A DNA stretch of 64,000 bases from Devosia sp. (GCA_051959485.1 JBQCFF010000296.1:568-64567), one strand, 5' to 3'. Positions 21,286 through 32,751 are shown, numbered from the stretch's first letter. Program-made: numbers and translations. Notes: generated by a model not told the origin, from the sequence alone.

Positions 21286-22378
21286 GGGCTACCTTCTGAA
21301 GGAGGACGACCTCCACCCGCTCGCCATCGGGGCCGCCCTGCTCGGCACCGGCGGCGGTGGCAACCCGTATGTCGGTATGCTCCGCGCCCGCGAACTGATC
21401 CGCAAGGGGGCAGAAATCCGCGTGCTGCCGCTCGATGCGCTGCCCGACGATGCCTGGGTTGGCGAGGTCGGCGGCATTGGCGCCCCAGTCGTGGGCGTCG
21501 AGAAGATCGAGGAAGGCGGCGAATGCTTCCGCGCCATGCGGGCGGTTGAAGAGACCGCCGGGGTAAAGATTTCCGCCACTATCTCTGCCGAAATCGGCGG
21601 CTCCAACGCCCTCGAACCGGTGATCGCCGCGGCCTATGCCGGTCTCCCCGTCATCGACGGCGACGGCATGGGTCGAGCCTTCCCCGAAGTGCAGATGACC
21701 ACCTTCTTCATCTATGGCGCCAAGGCGGCTCCGGCCGCCATCGCCGACGAAAAGGGTAATGTCGTCGTCTTCAAGGACGTTATCGACATGTTCTGGCTCG
21801 AAACCTTCGCCCGTGGCGTTTCGGTGAACATGGGCGCGGCCGCCGGCCTCGCCATCGCGCCGATGTCGATGGAGTTCGTCCGCCGCACGGCCGTACCCGG
21901 CACTGTGACGCAGGCGCTGCAGATCGGCCACACCGTGCTTGATGCCCGCCAGAAGCGCCAGAACGTCGTCGAACGGGTGGTCGCGTCGACCGGCGGCACG
22001 CTGTTCTTCACCGGCAAGGTCACCGACGTGCGGCGCGAGTTGGTAGGCGGCTTCGCCCGCGGGCATGCTCATATCTCCGGCGTCGGCGACTGGGCCGGAT
22101 CGGAGGCGCGCATCGCCATCCAGAACGAGAACCTCGTGCTGTGGGTCGACGACGTCCCGGTGATCATGGTTCCCGACCTGATCATCAACCTCGAGCTCGA
22201 TACGGGCGAGCCGATCACCACCGAAGTGCTGCGCTACGGCCAGCGCATCGCGGTCATCGGCCTCCCCGTGCACGACCTGATGAAGACGCCACGCGCGCTG
22301 GAAATCGTTGGCCCGCAGGCCTTCGGCTATCCCGAACTCACCTTCAACCCGCTCCAGCCCCAACCCAACGCGGTCTGA
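21275..22378 (+). CDS. DUF917 family protein (copy 1)
   Basis: GAALLGTGGGGNPY, GAP...EK, EIGGSN, DGDGMGRAFPE, QNENL, PDLI, LRYG, GP.AFG. Confidence 0.88.
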   Translation: MSDKGYLLKEDDLHPLAIGAALLGTGGGGNPYVGMLRARELIRKGAEIRVLPLDALPDDAWVGEVGGIGAPVVGVEKIEEGGECFRAMRAVEETAGVKISATISAEIGGSNALEPVIAAAYAGLPVIDGDGMGRAFPEVQMTTFFIYGAKAAPAAIADEKGNVVVFKDVIDMFWLETFARGVSVNMGAAAGLAIAPMSMEFVRRTAVPGTVTQALQIGHTVLDARQKRQNVVERVVASTGGTLFFTGKVTDVRRELVGGFARGHAHISGVGDWAGSEARIAIQNENLVLWVDDVPVIMVPDLIINLELDTGEPITTEVLRYGQRIAVIGLPVHDLMKTPRALEIVGPQAFGYPELTFNPLQPQPNAV

Positions 22379-22395
22379 GGCGAAAGGAACCCACC

Positions 22396-23478
22396 ATGAA
22401 GTTTCTCCGCACCATCCATGCCGAGGACATGGAAGACATAGCGACCGGCGGCGCCATTCTCGGCACCGGCGGCGGTGGCGACCCCTATGTCGGCAAGCTG
22501 ATGGCGCAGCAGGCCATCAGGCAGTTCGGCCCGGTCAACCTCGTCGATATCGACGAGCTGGCCGACGACGCGCTGATCGTCCCCGTCTGCATGATGGGCG
22601 CCCCCACGGTCATGACCGAAAAGCTCCCGCAGGGGGAGGAGCTGATCAACGCCTTCCGCGCCCTCGAACAACTGCTCGGCCGCAAGATCGATGCCGTGCT
22701 CTGCGGCGAGGCCGGTGGCGTCAACTCCACCACGCCGTTCGTCGTCGCCGCCATGGCGGGCTTGCCGCTCGTCGATGGCGACGGCATGGGCCGCGCCTAT
22801 CCCGAGCTGCAGATGGTCACCTTCACCATGCATGGCGTCTCGGCCACCCCCATGGTGCTCTGCGACGACAAGGGCAACTCGCTGGTACTCGAAACCGTCA
22901 GCAACGCCTGGACCGAACGCCTCGCCCGCGCCGCGACGGTGGAGATGGGCGGCTCCGCCCTCCTCGCCTTCTACTCGATGTCGGGCGCGGTGGCCAAGAA
23001 GGCCATCGTGCGCGGTACGCTGACTCTCTGCTCCGAGCTCGGCCGCACCCTGCGCGAAGCCAAGGCGGCACACCTCGACCCGGTCAACGCCATCGTCGAA
23101 AGGCTCGGCGCCGACGTGATCTTCCACGGCCGCATCCGGGACCTCGAGCGCCGCACCGTCGGCGGCTTCGCCCGTGGCACGGCACGCTTCGAGGGCGTCG
23201 AGGAATGGAAGGGGCACGGCTTCCGCCTCGATTTCCAGAACGAGTTCCTGATGGCCGAGCGCGACGGCGAAATCATCGTCACCACGCCGGATCTGATCAC
23301 CGTGCTCGACGCCGAATCCGGCCTTCCCGTCACCGCCGACGCGCTGCGTTACGGCCTCCGCCTGAAGGCGCTGGCCATGCCGTCCAACCCGCAGTGGCTG
23401 ACGCCCGCCGGCATCGAACTCGTCGGCCCGCGCTACTTCGGCTACGATACCGACTATCGCCAGTATTTTGACCGATAG
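22396..23478 (+). CDS. DUF917 family protein (copy 2)
   Basis: GGAILGTGGGGDPY, GAPTV..EK, EAGGVN, DGDGMGRAYPE, QNEFL, PDLI, LRYG, GPRYFGY; RBS AAGGA. Confidence 0.88.
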   Translation: MKFLRTIHAEDMEDIATGGAILGTGGGGDPYVGKLMAQQAIRQFGPVNLVDIDELADDALIVPVCMMGAPTVMTEKLPQGEELINAFRALEQLLGRKIDAVLCGEAGGVNSTTPFVVAAMAGLPLVDGDGMGRAYPELQMVTFTMHGVSATPMVLCDDKGNSLVLETVSNAWTERLARAATVEMGGSALLAFYSMSGAVAKKAIVRGTLTLCSELGRTLREAKAAHLDPVNAIVERLGADVIFHGRIRDLERRTVGGFARGTARFEGVEEWKGHGFRLDFQNEFLMAERDGEIIVTTPDLITVLDAESGLPVTADALRYGLRLKALAMPSNPQWLTPAGIELVGPRYFGYDTDYRQYFDR

Positions 23479-23490
23479 GCCACAGACTAC

Positions 23491-23513
23491 GGCCGGCGGC
23501 AATGCCGCCGGCC
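23491..23513. terminator. Hairpin between convergent operons
   Basis: GGCCGGCGGC-AAT-GCCGCCGGCC 10-bp stem, 13 bp after the DUF917 stop. Confidence 0.55.
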
Positions 23514-23571
23514 ATCTCATCGGCCGGGCGCCGCAGCGATGCCGGGGCCGTGCCCGGCGCGGTGGCGGCCA

Positions 23572-24303
23572 TCAGAGCGTGTTGATGTAGCGGACGAAGT
23601 CGCTGGACGCGATGTCGATGAGGGCGCGCATGCGTTCGCTGGCGATTTCGGGCTGGCCCAGCCGGATGGCCTCGAGCACGTCGCCGTGGGCACTGAGCGT
23701 GACCATGTAGCTTTGCGACACCGACGTCGTGAGCTTGAAGGAATTCGTCAGGGCCTGGCCGATCAGGCTCCCCAGCCCGGAAAATACCGGGTTGTGGCTG
23801 GCCGCAAGAATGCTGAGGTGAAACTGCAGGTCGGCCTCGGCGCAGGCGACGAGGTCACTCAGCGGCGCCTTGCACATGGCGTCGTAGGTGGCTGCGATCC
23901 TGTCCAGATCGGCCGGGGTGGCCCGCATGGCGGCGAGACGCGCCGCGGCCGGTTCGATCGCGAGCCGGGCCTCGAGCAGGCCGCGCATGAACTCCGGATC
24001 GGGTGCGCCGGCGCCCATCCAGGCGAGCACGTCGGGATCGAGGCGGTTCCAGGTGTCGGGGTCCTGAACGCGGGTGCCGGCGCGCTGGCGCGACATCACC
24101 AGGCCCTTGGCCGACAGCATCTTCAGCGCCTCGCGCATCGCCGTGCGGCTGACCCCGAACTCCTGGCACAGCTGTGCCTCGGTCGGCAGGGTGCTGCCCG
24201 GTTCGTAGTGCCCCGAGAGAATGCGGCGCCCCAGAGTATCCATCACGCGCTCGCGGACGAGCGAAGTGGCGCGATCGCCGATATGGGCCATGGCATCGTT
24301 CAC
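23572..24303 (-). CDS. GntR/FadR family transcriptional regulator (DgoR-like)
   Basis: LPTEAQLCQEFGVSRTAMREALK.L.AKGLV..R..AGT, WN.LDPDVL.W, FCD D..FH. Confidence 0.93.
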   Translation of the reverse strand: MNDAMAHIGDRATSLVRERVMDTLGRRILSGHYEPGSTLPTEAQLCQEFGVSRTAMREALKMLSAKGLVMSRQRAGTRVQDPDTWNRLDPDVLAWMGAGAPDPEFMRGLLEARLAIEPAAARLAAMRATPADLDRIAATYDAMCKAPLSDLVACAEADLQFHLSILAASHNPVFSGLGSLIGQALTNSFKLTTSVSQSYMVTLSAHGDVLEAIRLGQPEIASERMRALIDIASSDFVRYINTL

Positions 24304-24355
24304 CTTGTGGATCGACTGGCGGGTTGGCCAGTAAGGTGGGGCGGAAGCGCCATGG

Positions 24356-25407
24356 TCAAGCCGTCACCGTCGCGTCCGGACCGCCGACCCCGACAAGCGA
24401 CAGCGACTCGGCGAAGTGGCACCGCGACTTGCGCCCGGGCACGATCTCCCGGAGCGCCGGCACTTCGGTGCGGCAGCGATCGGTGGCGTAAGGGCAGCGC
24501 GGGTGGAAGTGGCAACCGCTCGGCGGGTTGGCGGCACTGGGCACCTCGCCCACCACGACGCGCTTGGTGGCCTTGCCGCGACCGATGCGCGGCACGCTGC
24601 TGATCAACGCCTCGCTGTAGGGGTTGAGCGGCTTCTCGAACAGGGCCCGCGTCGGCCCTTCCTCGAGCACGCGGCCGAGATACATCACCACCGTGCGGTC
24701 GGTGAAGTGGTTTACCACGCCAAGGTCATGCGCGATGAACAGGTAGGTGAGCCGCCGCTCGACCTGCAGGTCCTTCAGCAGGTTCAGCGTCTGCGCCTGG
24801 ATCGAAACGTCGAGTGCCGAGATGGCCTCGTCGGCTACCACCAGCTTGGGATTGAGCGCCAGGGCCCGCGCGATGACCACGCGCTGCCGCTGCCCGCCGC
24901 TGAGGGCATGCGGGTGACGGTAGAGATAGCGGCTGGAGAGCCCGACCTGTTCCAGCAGTTCGGTGACTCGCCCGGTCAGCGCCGCGCCGCGCATGCTGGT
25001 GTTGATCACCAGCGGCTCGGCGACCAGGTCGAACAGGCTCATGCGCGGATTGAGTGCCGCATTGGGGTCCTGGAAGATCATCTGCATGTTGAGGCGCGCG
25101 CGCCTGAGGCGCTGCCGGTCGGCGCCGACCAGCTGGACCGGCCCCATCTCGGGATCGTCAAAGATGATGTCGCCGCCGTCTGCCTTGAGCCCGCCCATGA
25201 TGGTGTGGCCCATCGTCGACTTGCCGCAGCCGGACTCGCCGACGAGGCCCACGGTCGAGCCCTCCGGCACTTCGAACGAGACGTCGTCGAGCGCGCGCAC
25301 CTGGCCCTTGCCCTGGCGGAACACCCCGGAGGACAGGGTGAAGGTCTTGCTGACGTTTCGAACCGAGAGCAGCGGCACAGAGGGGCGAACTTCCCGCGCA
25401 GGATCGG

Positions 25408-25411
<4 letters not shown>
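24356..25411 (-). CDS. Oligopeptide-type ABC ATP-binding protein (OppF-like)
   Basis: GESGCGKS, LSGGQRQR, C-terminal PPSGCHFHPRC. Confidence 0.93.
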
Positions 25412-26439
<1,028 letters not shown>

Positions 26440-26449
26440 GCACGGCACC

Positions 26450-27589
26450 TCAGCGCGAGAACGGATCGGCGGCATCGCGCAATCCGTCGCCGACGAAATT
26501 GAAGGAGATGATGGTCAGCACCACGAAGATCGCCGGCGTCAGCAGCCAGGGCAACTCGAGCAGCACCTGCACCGATTGCGCCTCGTTGAGCAGCAGGCCC
26601 CAGCTGGTCATCGGCGCCTTGATGCCGAGCCCGAGGAAGCTCAGCGCCGTTTCGCCCAGGATCATCGCCGGAATGCTCAGCGTGGCCACCACCAGCACGT
26701 GGCTCATGGTCGCCGGCAGCAGGTGGTGGCGCATGATCCGCCAGGTGGAGGCGTTGGCGTAGCTCGCAGCCCGGACGTACTCGCTGGTGCGCAGCGACAG
26801 CACCATGGCCCGGACCTGCCGCGCCAGCGCCCCCCAGCTCAGCACCGAAAGCACGATGGAGATGGCGAAGTAGATCTGGATCGAGCTCCAGGTCGGTGGC
26901 ACGAGTGCTGCCAGCGCCAGCCAGAGCGGGATCTGCGGGAAGGCCAGCGTCGTCTCGATGATGCGCTGCACCACCTCGTCGAAGAGGCCGCCGAAATAGC
27001 CCGTGGCGAGGCCGAGCGCGACGCCGATCAACAGCGACAGCAGCACCCCGACGAGGCCGACGGTGAGCGACACCTGCGAGCCGTAGAGGATGCGGCTGAA
27101 CAGGTCGCGCCCCTTGCTGTCGGTACCCAGCAGGAACAGCTTTCCCGGCGCCTCGACACCGAACAGGTGGACGTCGGACTGGATGACCCCGAGAATGCTG
27201 TATGGCGCGCCGCGCACCAACAGCTGGATCGGGTAGCGCTGGTCGGTATCGACGGTCATCACCGGCTTGAAGGTCTTGCGGTCCATCGTCCGCTGCAGCC
27301 CGAACACGAAGGGCTGCAGGTGGAAATTGCCGTCGGCGTCGAAGAAGTGGATGCCGCTGGGCGGCGTGCGGGGGAAGGCGCTGTGCGTCTCGCGGTCGCC
27401 ATAGGGGGCGAAGAACCCGGCCAGCAGCGCCACCACGTACATCCCGATCAGCACCCACATGCCGAACAGCGCCAGCCTGTTGCGGGCGAACTTGCGCCAG
27501 GCCAGCTCACGGACGCTCAGCACCCTGGTGGCAACCGGTGCGTCGGTCACCGCGGCGGCCGGCGCGGCGGTCCGTGCGAGGTCAGTCAT
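26450..27589 (-). CDS. ABC transporter permease (OppC-like)
   Basis: LLGTD..GRDLFSR, ETALSFLGLG, FNFVGDGLRDAADP. Confidence 0.93.
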   Translation of the reverse strand: MTDLARTAAPAAAVTDAPVATRVLSVRELAWRKFARNRLALFGMWVLIGMYVVALLAGFFAPYGDRETHSAFPRTPPSGIHFFDADGNFHLQPFVFGLQRTMDRKTFKPVMTVDTDQRYPIQLLVRGAPYSILGVIQSDVHLFGVEAPGKLFLLGTDSKGRDLFSRILYGSQVSLTVGLVGVLLSLLIGVALGLATGYFGGLFDEVVQRIIETTLAFPQIPLWLALAALVPPTWSSIQIYFAISIVLSVLSWGALARQVRAMVLSLRTSEYVRAASYANASTWRIMRHHLLPATMSHVLVVATLSIPAMILGETALSFLGLGIKAPMTSWGLLLNEAQSVQVLLELPWLLTPAIFVVLTIISFNFVGDGLRDAADPFSR

Positions 27590-28565
27590 AGCGCACCCGC
27601 GGGTCGAGCCAGGCCAGGAGGACGTCGGAAACCAGGTTGCCGAACATCACGGTGATGGCGATGAAGATCAGGATGCCGCCCGCGAGGAAGACGTCCTGCT
27701 GCATCGTGGCGGTCAGGTAGGTGGACTGGATGGTGGGCAGGTTCAGCACGGCACTGGTGATGGCAAAGCCGTTGATCAGGAAGGCCAGCACCTGGCCGAA
27801 CATCATCACCAGCGGGTGCAGCGCATTGCGGAAAGCGTGCTTCCAGATCACCGTGCGCTCATGCAGGCCCTTGGCGCGCAGCGTGGTGACATAGTTCTTG
27901 CCCAGTTCCTCGAGCATGTTGTTGCGGGTGACCCGCATGATCACCGCCATGCCGGTGAAGGCCACCGCAGTGACGCTGAGCCAGGCATAGGAAAAGAAGT
28001 CGGCGAGCCGCGCCAGCGACCAGGGCTGGCCGATGAACTCGGGCGAGTTCAGCCCCAGCAGCACATTGCCGCTGGCGACGAAGGCCAGCACCAGGAAGAA
28101 CAGCGCCAGCAGAAAATCCGGCAGGCCGATGCCGATGAACGAGACCGTGGTCAGCGCCACGTCGCCTGCCTTGTACTGATGCGTCGCCGAATAGACGCCC
28201 AGCGGGATGCCGATGCCCCAGGAGGCGAGGAAGGCCATGAAGGAGATGGCGAGCGTCACCGGCAGCCGCTCGAGAATGATGGTGGACACCGGGCGGGAGT
28301 CGACGAACGACTTGCCCAGGTCGCCCTTGAGGAAGTTGCCGATCCAGTTGAAGAACCGTTCGACCGGCGGCCTGTCCAGCCCGAACTGCTGGCGCATCAT
28401 CTCCTCTTGCAGCGCGGCGGTGGTGTTACCCATCTGCCCCTGCTGCGCGACATAACGACTGACGTAGTCGTTGACCGGCAGCTGCATGATGAAGAAGCCG
28501 ACCGCCATGATCAGCAGCAGCGTAGGCAGCATGATGAGCAGCCGCTTGCCGATGTAGATGAGCAT
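27582..28565 (-). CDS. ABC transporter permease (OppB-like)
   Basis: GLDRP, GDLGKSF, YVTTLRAKGL, KHAFRNAL, LDPRVR. Confidence 0.93.
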   Translation of the reverse strand: MLIYIGKRLLIMLPTLLLIMAVGFFIMQLPVNDYVSRYVAQQGQMGNTTAALQEEMMRQQFGLDRPPVERFFNWIGNFLKGDLGKSFVDSRPVSTIILERLPVTLAISFMAFLASWGIGIPLGVYSATHQYKAGDVALTTVSFIGIGLPDFLLALFFLVLAFVASGNVLLGLNSPEFIGQPWSLARLADFFSYAWLSVTAVAFTGMAVIMRVTRNNMLEELGKNYVTTLRAKGLHERTVIWKHAFRNALHPLVMMFGQVLAFLINGFAITSAVLNLPTIQSTYLTATMQQDVFLAGGILIFIAITVMFGNLVSDVLLAWLDPRVRYD

Positions 28566-28584
28566 ACCTGCCTCCGGAAGGGTG

Positions 28585-28609
28585 GCAGCGCGCCCGAGGG
28601 GCGCGCTGC
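28585..28609 (-). terminator. Stem-loop at the SBP-permease junction
   Basis: GCAGCGCGCCC-GAG-GGGCGCGCTGC perfect 11-bp stem. Confidence 0.6.
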
Positions 28610-28633
28610 TGCAGCTTTGTTCAAGCTGATGGT

Positions 28634-30535
28634 CTACTCGGCGAAGTAGAACTGCGCCGGATCCGCCGTAGCGGGGAAGCCCATATCCCAGCTGCCGACC
28701 AGGCCGACCGTGGGGACGTTGCGCAGCCGGTTCGACACGACCACCGGGGTCGGATGCTCACCGATGGTGCCGATGGTGATCGGACCCTCGTCGAAGTGGA
28801 TCTGGTACGCCTCGAGCAGAGCCGCATTGCGCGAGTCCGGATCGAGCGTCGCCGCCGCCTTGGCATAGGCCTGCTGCAGCTTCTCCAGCATCGAACCAGC
28901 CGGCGGAGCCGTGCCTTCCGTACCGCCGCTCTGGAAGTACTTGGCGATGCTCATGCCGCCCATGGTCCACTCGACGTTCTCGACCGGCGCCCACACCGTG
29001 GGGGCGGAGAGCAGGCCCCAGCCAGCGGCGCTGCCCCAGGCCCGCATCATCATCTCACCCGAGTTCTCGCGCGCCGAGAGCGTCGACCAGTCACCCTGGT
29101 TGAGCAGGGTTTCGAGGCCGATGGCGTCCCAGTCCTCCTTCATCAGGTCCATAATGTCAGCCGTCTGCTTGTCGCCCGACTGGAAGTCGACGATCAGTTG
29201 CAGGCGCGAGCCATCCGGCCGGTCACGCCAGCCGTCGCCATCCTTGTCGACGACGCCGATCTCGTCGAGCCAGGCCTTGGCCTGTTCCGGATCGTGCTGG
29301 ATGTACGAGCTCACCCACTTCTCGTAGAACGCCTTGCCCTCGGGGGTCTGCAGTTCCGGGCTCAGCGGGCTCAGCGCAAACTGACGCGGCTTGGCAAGGC
29401 CGTAGGCGACGACATCGTTGTACTTGTCGCGATCCATGGCGACCGACAGGGCGCGACGGAACTCGGGCTTGTAGAACAGATCGACGATGCCCGCGTCCTT
29501 GTGGTCGTACATCGGCATCATCCAGGGCCAGGCGAAATCGCCGCGGTCCCACATCATGACGCGATAGTTGCCCTTCTCCTGGTTCTCCATCAGCAGGCTG
29601 ACGTCGGACAGGTTGAACTCTCGCGACTGGAAGTCGAGCTTGCCGGCAACCGAGTTGAGCAGCACGGCCTGACCGACGCTGTCGTCGCTGGCGACGGTGG
29701 TCTCGAAGCCATCGATATAGGGCAGCTGGTTCCCCGCCGTATCGACCTTCCAGTAATACGGGTTGCGCTCGGCGGTGAGGCGCTGGCCCGGCGTGTAGGA
29801 ACTGGTCTTCCAGCCGGCAAGCGTCGGCATGTCCGTGAAGGTGATGCGGCTGTCCATGCTGTAGCGCGCCATGAACTCGGTCGTATCCTTCACGGCGGAG
29901 TTATACTTGGGCAGGAACTGCTTCATGTAGTGGGCCGGAATGAGCCACTGCGCACTGTTGTAGTAGCCGCGCGAGCTCAGTTCCATGAACAGCGGGTTCG
30001 GGCCGGCAAAGGTGAACTTGACCGTGTCCTCGTCGATCTTCTCGACCGTCATCGGCACGTTGTTGACCACGGTGCCGGCGGGGAAGCTGACCTCGACGCT
30101 GTCATCGAGCACGACGTCGTTCCAGAAGAACATGAAATCGTCGGCCGTCATCGGCACGCCGTCGGACCACTTGAGGCCCTTGCGGAAATCGATGGTCAGC
30201 TCGGTGTAGGCATCGTTCCAGGTCCAGGACTCGGCAACGTTGGGCCGAACGCCGTTCAGGTCGCGCTGCCAGCGTGCGAACGGCTCGACCTGCAGCGTAA
30301 TCTTCTCCCAGTCGAGGTTGGCCTTGGTGATATCGTGGATGGTGCCGCCATAGGTGCCGACGCTCTCCACCGGCTCCAGCACCAGCGGATTGGCCGAGAT
30401 ACGCTCGGCAACCGGCGGCAGGTTGGCCCCATCGAGACTCGGTGCCTGCTTGTAGTCCAGCGCCATCGCGGCGCCCGACGACAGCAGAGCCGCCAGCAGG
30501 CCGGCCGTAACCGACCGTCGCTTACTAAACAACAT
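28634..30535 (-). CDS. Family 5 ABC substrate-binding protein (AgpA-like oligosaccharide binder)
   Basis: Signal peptide; QAPSL..LPPVAERI..NPLV..G.YGG and RNPYYWKVD.AGNQLPYID typical of sugar-binding Opp-type SBPs; RBS GGAGGAG before ATG 30535. Confidence 0.88.
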   Translation of the reverse strand: MLFSKRRSVTAGLLAALLSSGAAMALDYKQAPSLDGANLPPVAERISANPLVLEPVESVGTYGGTIHDITKANLDWEKITLQVEPFARWQRDLNGVRPNVAESWTWNDAYTELTIDFRKGLKWSDGVPMTADDFMFFWNDVVLDDSVEVSFPAGTVVNNVPMTVEKIDEDTVKFTFAGPNPLFMELSSRGYYNSAQWLIPAHYMKQFLPKYNSAVKDTTEFMARYSMDSRITFTDMPTLAGWKTSSYTPGQRLTAERNPYYWKVDTAGNQLPYIDGFETTVASDDSVGQAVLLNSVAGKLDFQSREFNLSDVSLLMENQEKGNYRVMMWDRGDFAWPWMMPMYDHKDAGIVDLFYKPEFRRALSVAMDRDKYNDVVAYGLAKPRQFALSPLSPELQTPEGKAFYEKWVSSYIQHDPEQAKAWLDEIGVVDKDGDGWRDRPDGSRLQLIVDFQSGDKQTADIMDLMKEDWDAIGLETLLNQGDWSTLSARENSGEMMMRAWGSAAGWGLLSAPTVWAPVENVEWTMGGMSIAKYFQSGGTEGTAPPAGSMLEKLQQAYAKAAATLDPDSRNAALLEAYQIHFDEGPITIGTIGEHPTPVVVSNRLRNVPTVGLVGSWDMGFPATADPAQFYFAE

Positions 30536-30580
30536 TCGCTCCTCCCTCATGCACCATATGCGGCGCAGCTGAACGCTAAA

Positions 30581-30606
30581 ATATGTCGTACATATCTTCA
30601 AGATAT
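30581..30606. promoter_or_regulatory. Candidate FadR operator upstream of the SBP operon
   Basis: ATATGT-CGT-ACATAT palindrome (30581-30595) overlapping ATATCTT-C-AAGATAT (30592-30606). Confidence 0.65.
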
Positions 30607-30631
30607 ACATGAGCGGCCTTGCAACGGCCGG

Positions 30632-32716
30632 TCAAACCCGCCGCAACCGTATGATCGTGCTCTGCAAATCCTTGAGCTTGAGCTGGATGCCGAGCTGGTT
30701 CCAGGCCGCGCCACTGCGCGTCTCGCCGGTCTCGTCGGCATAGATTGCCTCCGGATCCAGCCCGGCCGGAAACACCAGCGGCAGCTTGCCGATCCGCGCC
30801 TTGAGGATGCGGAAGGCGAACAGCACCGCCTCGCTCTTGTCCTTGGCGACATACATGAACGCGCTGAGGTCGGTCCGCCGTGCCGAGCGCAGACGATAGA
30901 GATCGCCGCCCGCGACCAGCTCGCGGATGCTCTTGTAGGCAGCGACGTGCCCGGCGGCGCGCTCCAGCATGTCATCGGACCAGGTCAGCAGGTTGCCACC
31001 GACGCCGAGCGCCCCGGCCATGCTGGCGTGGAAGCGCAGATCGAGGTCGAACTGGTCCAGGTGCTCGTCGGTCACCCAGGCGGCCATGGTGTTGGCCGGA
31101 AACAGCTGCGAGTACCCTTCCTGGATCTCGAGCCGTGCGGTCGGCACGGTCGTGTCGCTGGCCCAGCTCTGTTCGGTCAGCCGCATCATCCCCATGTCGA
31201 CGCGCCCGCCGCCGCCCGAGCAATTCTCCCAGATGACGTCGGGATGCCGCTCGCGCAGCGTGCTCCACAGCCGGTACAGGCCCTCGACATAGCGCACCCA
31301 GATCTCGCGCTGGTCGCGGTCATGCCCCGGCCAGCCGGGCTCGCTGACATTGCGGTTCATGTCCCATTTGATGAAGTCGATCCGGGTGCTGGAGAGCAGC
31401 CGGTCGAAGATGTCGATCAGGTAATCCTGCACGTCGACGCGGCCGAGGTTCAGCATCGACTGGTTGCGCGACAGGGTGCGTTCGCGCTCGGGGAAGTGGA
31501 TGATCCAATCCGGGTGCGCCCGATAGAGGTCGGAATCCGGATTGACCATTTCCGGCTCGATCCACAGCCCGAACTGCATCCCGCGCGCGTGGATGGCGTC
31601 GGCAAGCGGCTTCAGCCCGTGCGGGAACTTGTTCTTGTCTGGCCACCAGTCGCCGAGACCGGCCCGGTCGTTCACCCGCTTGTCGAACCAGCCATCGTCG
31701 ATGACGAACATCTCGACGCCCATGGCGGCGGCCTTTTCGGCGAGTTTGGCCTGGCCCTCGGCGTTGACGTCGAACAACGTCGCGTACCAGGAGTTGTAGA
31801 CCACCGGGGGCAGATAGTTCGGGCGCGGCGACAGGGTTTGCCGGACGAAATCGTGGAATGACCGGCTCATAGCGCCAAAGCCGGCAGCGGTGTAGCCGAA
31901 GATCAGCCGCGGCGTCGTGAAGCTCTCGCCCGGCAGCAGGTCGTAGACGAAATCGTGGTCGCTGACGCCCAGGTGCACGATGCTGCGACCGTCGCGGGTG
32001 CGCTCGGCCAGCAGCTTCCAGTTGCCGCTCCACTCCAGCGTGCCGAACCAGAGTTCACCCGCCTCTTCGCGGGCACCCCACCCGGCTTCCGCGCGCTCCA
32101 TGGCAAAATACGGCACGCCACCGTGGCTGGTGGTGATGCGGCGGCTCTCGCGCTGGAACACACCGTGGACCAGCGGTTCGCGCTGCATGCGATACTCGTC
32201 GCCCCAGCGGCCATCGAGGTGGTTGAGCAGGTACTCGCCGGTGTGCGGCAGGTAGAACGAACCCGACAGGGCGCGATTGAGGTGCAGCGGCTGCGTCCCG
32301 GCGTTGACGATGCGCATCCGCCTCGTCACCAGCCCATGCCTGGGCAGTGCCTCATACTCGACGACGATCTCGGCTTCGAGCACGGCGTCGCGCAGGGTGA
32401 GGCTCAGCGTTTCGCCGCTGCTTTCCGCAGACACGAAGCGCAGCACGAAGCCGCGCGGCCCGCCATCGCGGTAGCCATCGACTGTCCGCTCGTCCGAGGC
32501 GCCCGCCTCGCCGGTGGCGACATCCTGCTGCGAGTGCTGGATCGGGTGCTCCATGGCGAACCACTCTCCCCGCTGCGCTGCCGGATAGTCGGCCAGACGC
32601 GGCAGGCGCGGCCCCCAATAGGTCTGCAGCAGCAGGCCCGAGTCATCGACCCCCAGCGCAAAGGCGGCACCGCCGCTCTCGATGACCCAATATTTCTCGC
32701 CTGCAACAATGCCCAA
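30632..32716 (-). CDS. Alpha-galactosidase, glycoside hydrolase family 36
   Basis: YNSWYA, FVIDDGWF, GDW, FGLWIEPEMVNPDS, IKWDMNR (nucleophile), ENCSGGGGR, WASD. Confidence 0.93.
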   Translation of the reverse strand: MGIVAGEKYWVIESGGAAFALGVDDSGLLLQTYWGPRLPRLADYPAAQRGEWFAMEHPIQHSQQDVATGEAGASDERTVDGYRDGGPRGFVLRFVSAESSGETLSLTLRDAVLEAEIVVEYEALPRHGLVTRRMRIVNAGTQPLHLNRALSGSFYLPHTGEYLLNHLDGRWGDEYRMQREPLVHGVFQRESRRITTSHGGVPYFAMERAEAGWGAREEAGELWFGTLEWSGNWKLLAERTRDGRSIVHLGVSDHDFVYDLLPGESFTTPRLIFGYTAAGFGAMSRSFHDFVRQTLSPRPNYLPPVVYNSWYATLFDVNAEGQAKLAEKAAAMGVEMFVIDDGWFDKRVNDRAGLGDWWPDKNKFPHGLKPLADAIHARGMQFGLWIEPEMVNPDSDLYRAHPDWIIHFPERERTLSRNQSMLNLGRVDVQDYLIDIFDRLLSSTRIDFIKWDMNRNVSEPGWPGHDRDQREIWVRYVEGLYRLWSTLRERHPDVIWENCSGGGGRVDMGMMRLTEQSWASDTTVPTARLEIQEGYSQLFPANTMAAWVTDEHLDQFDLDLRFHASMAGALGVGGNLLTWSDDMLERAAGHVAAYKSIRELVAGGDLYRLRSARRTDLSAFMYVAKDKSEAVLFAFRILKARIGKLPLVFPAGLDPEAIYADETGETRSGAAWNQLGIQLKLKDLQSTIIRLRRV

Positions 32717-32751
32717 AACCCATCCCCCACACGAAGGCCGCGACCGGCCAA

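Noticed and set aside
28754-31861. 1035-aa plus-strand ORF, the longest in the window
   Set aside because: Antisense to the SBP and GH36 genes, which carry clear family motifs; no recognisable domain.
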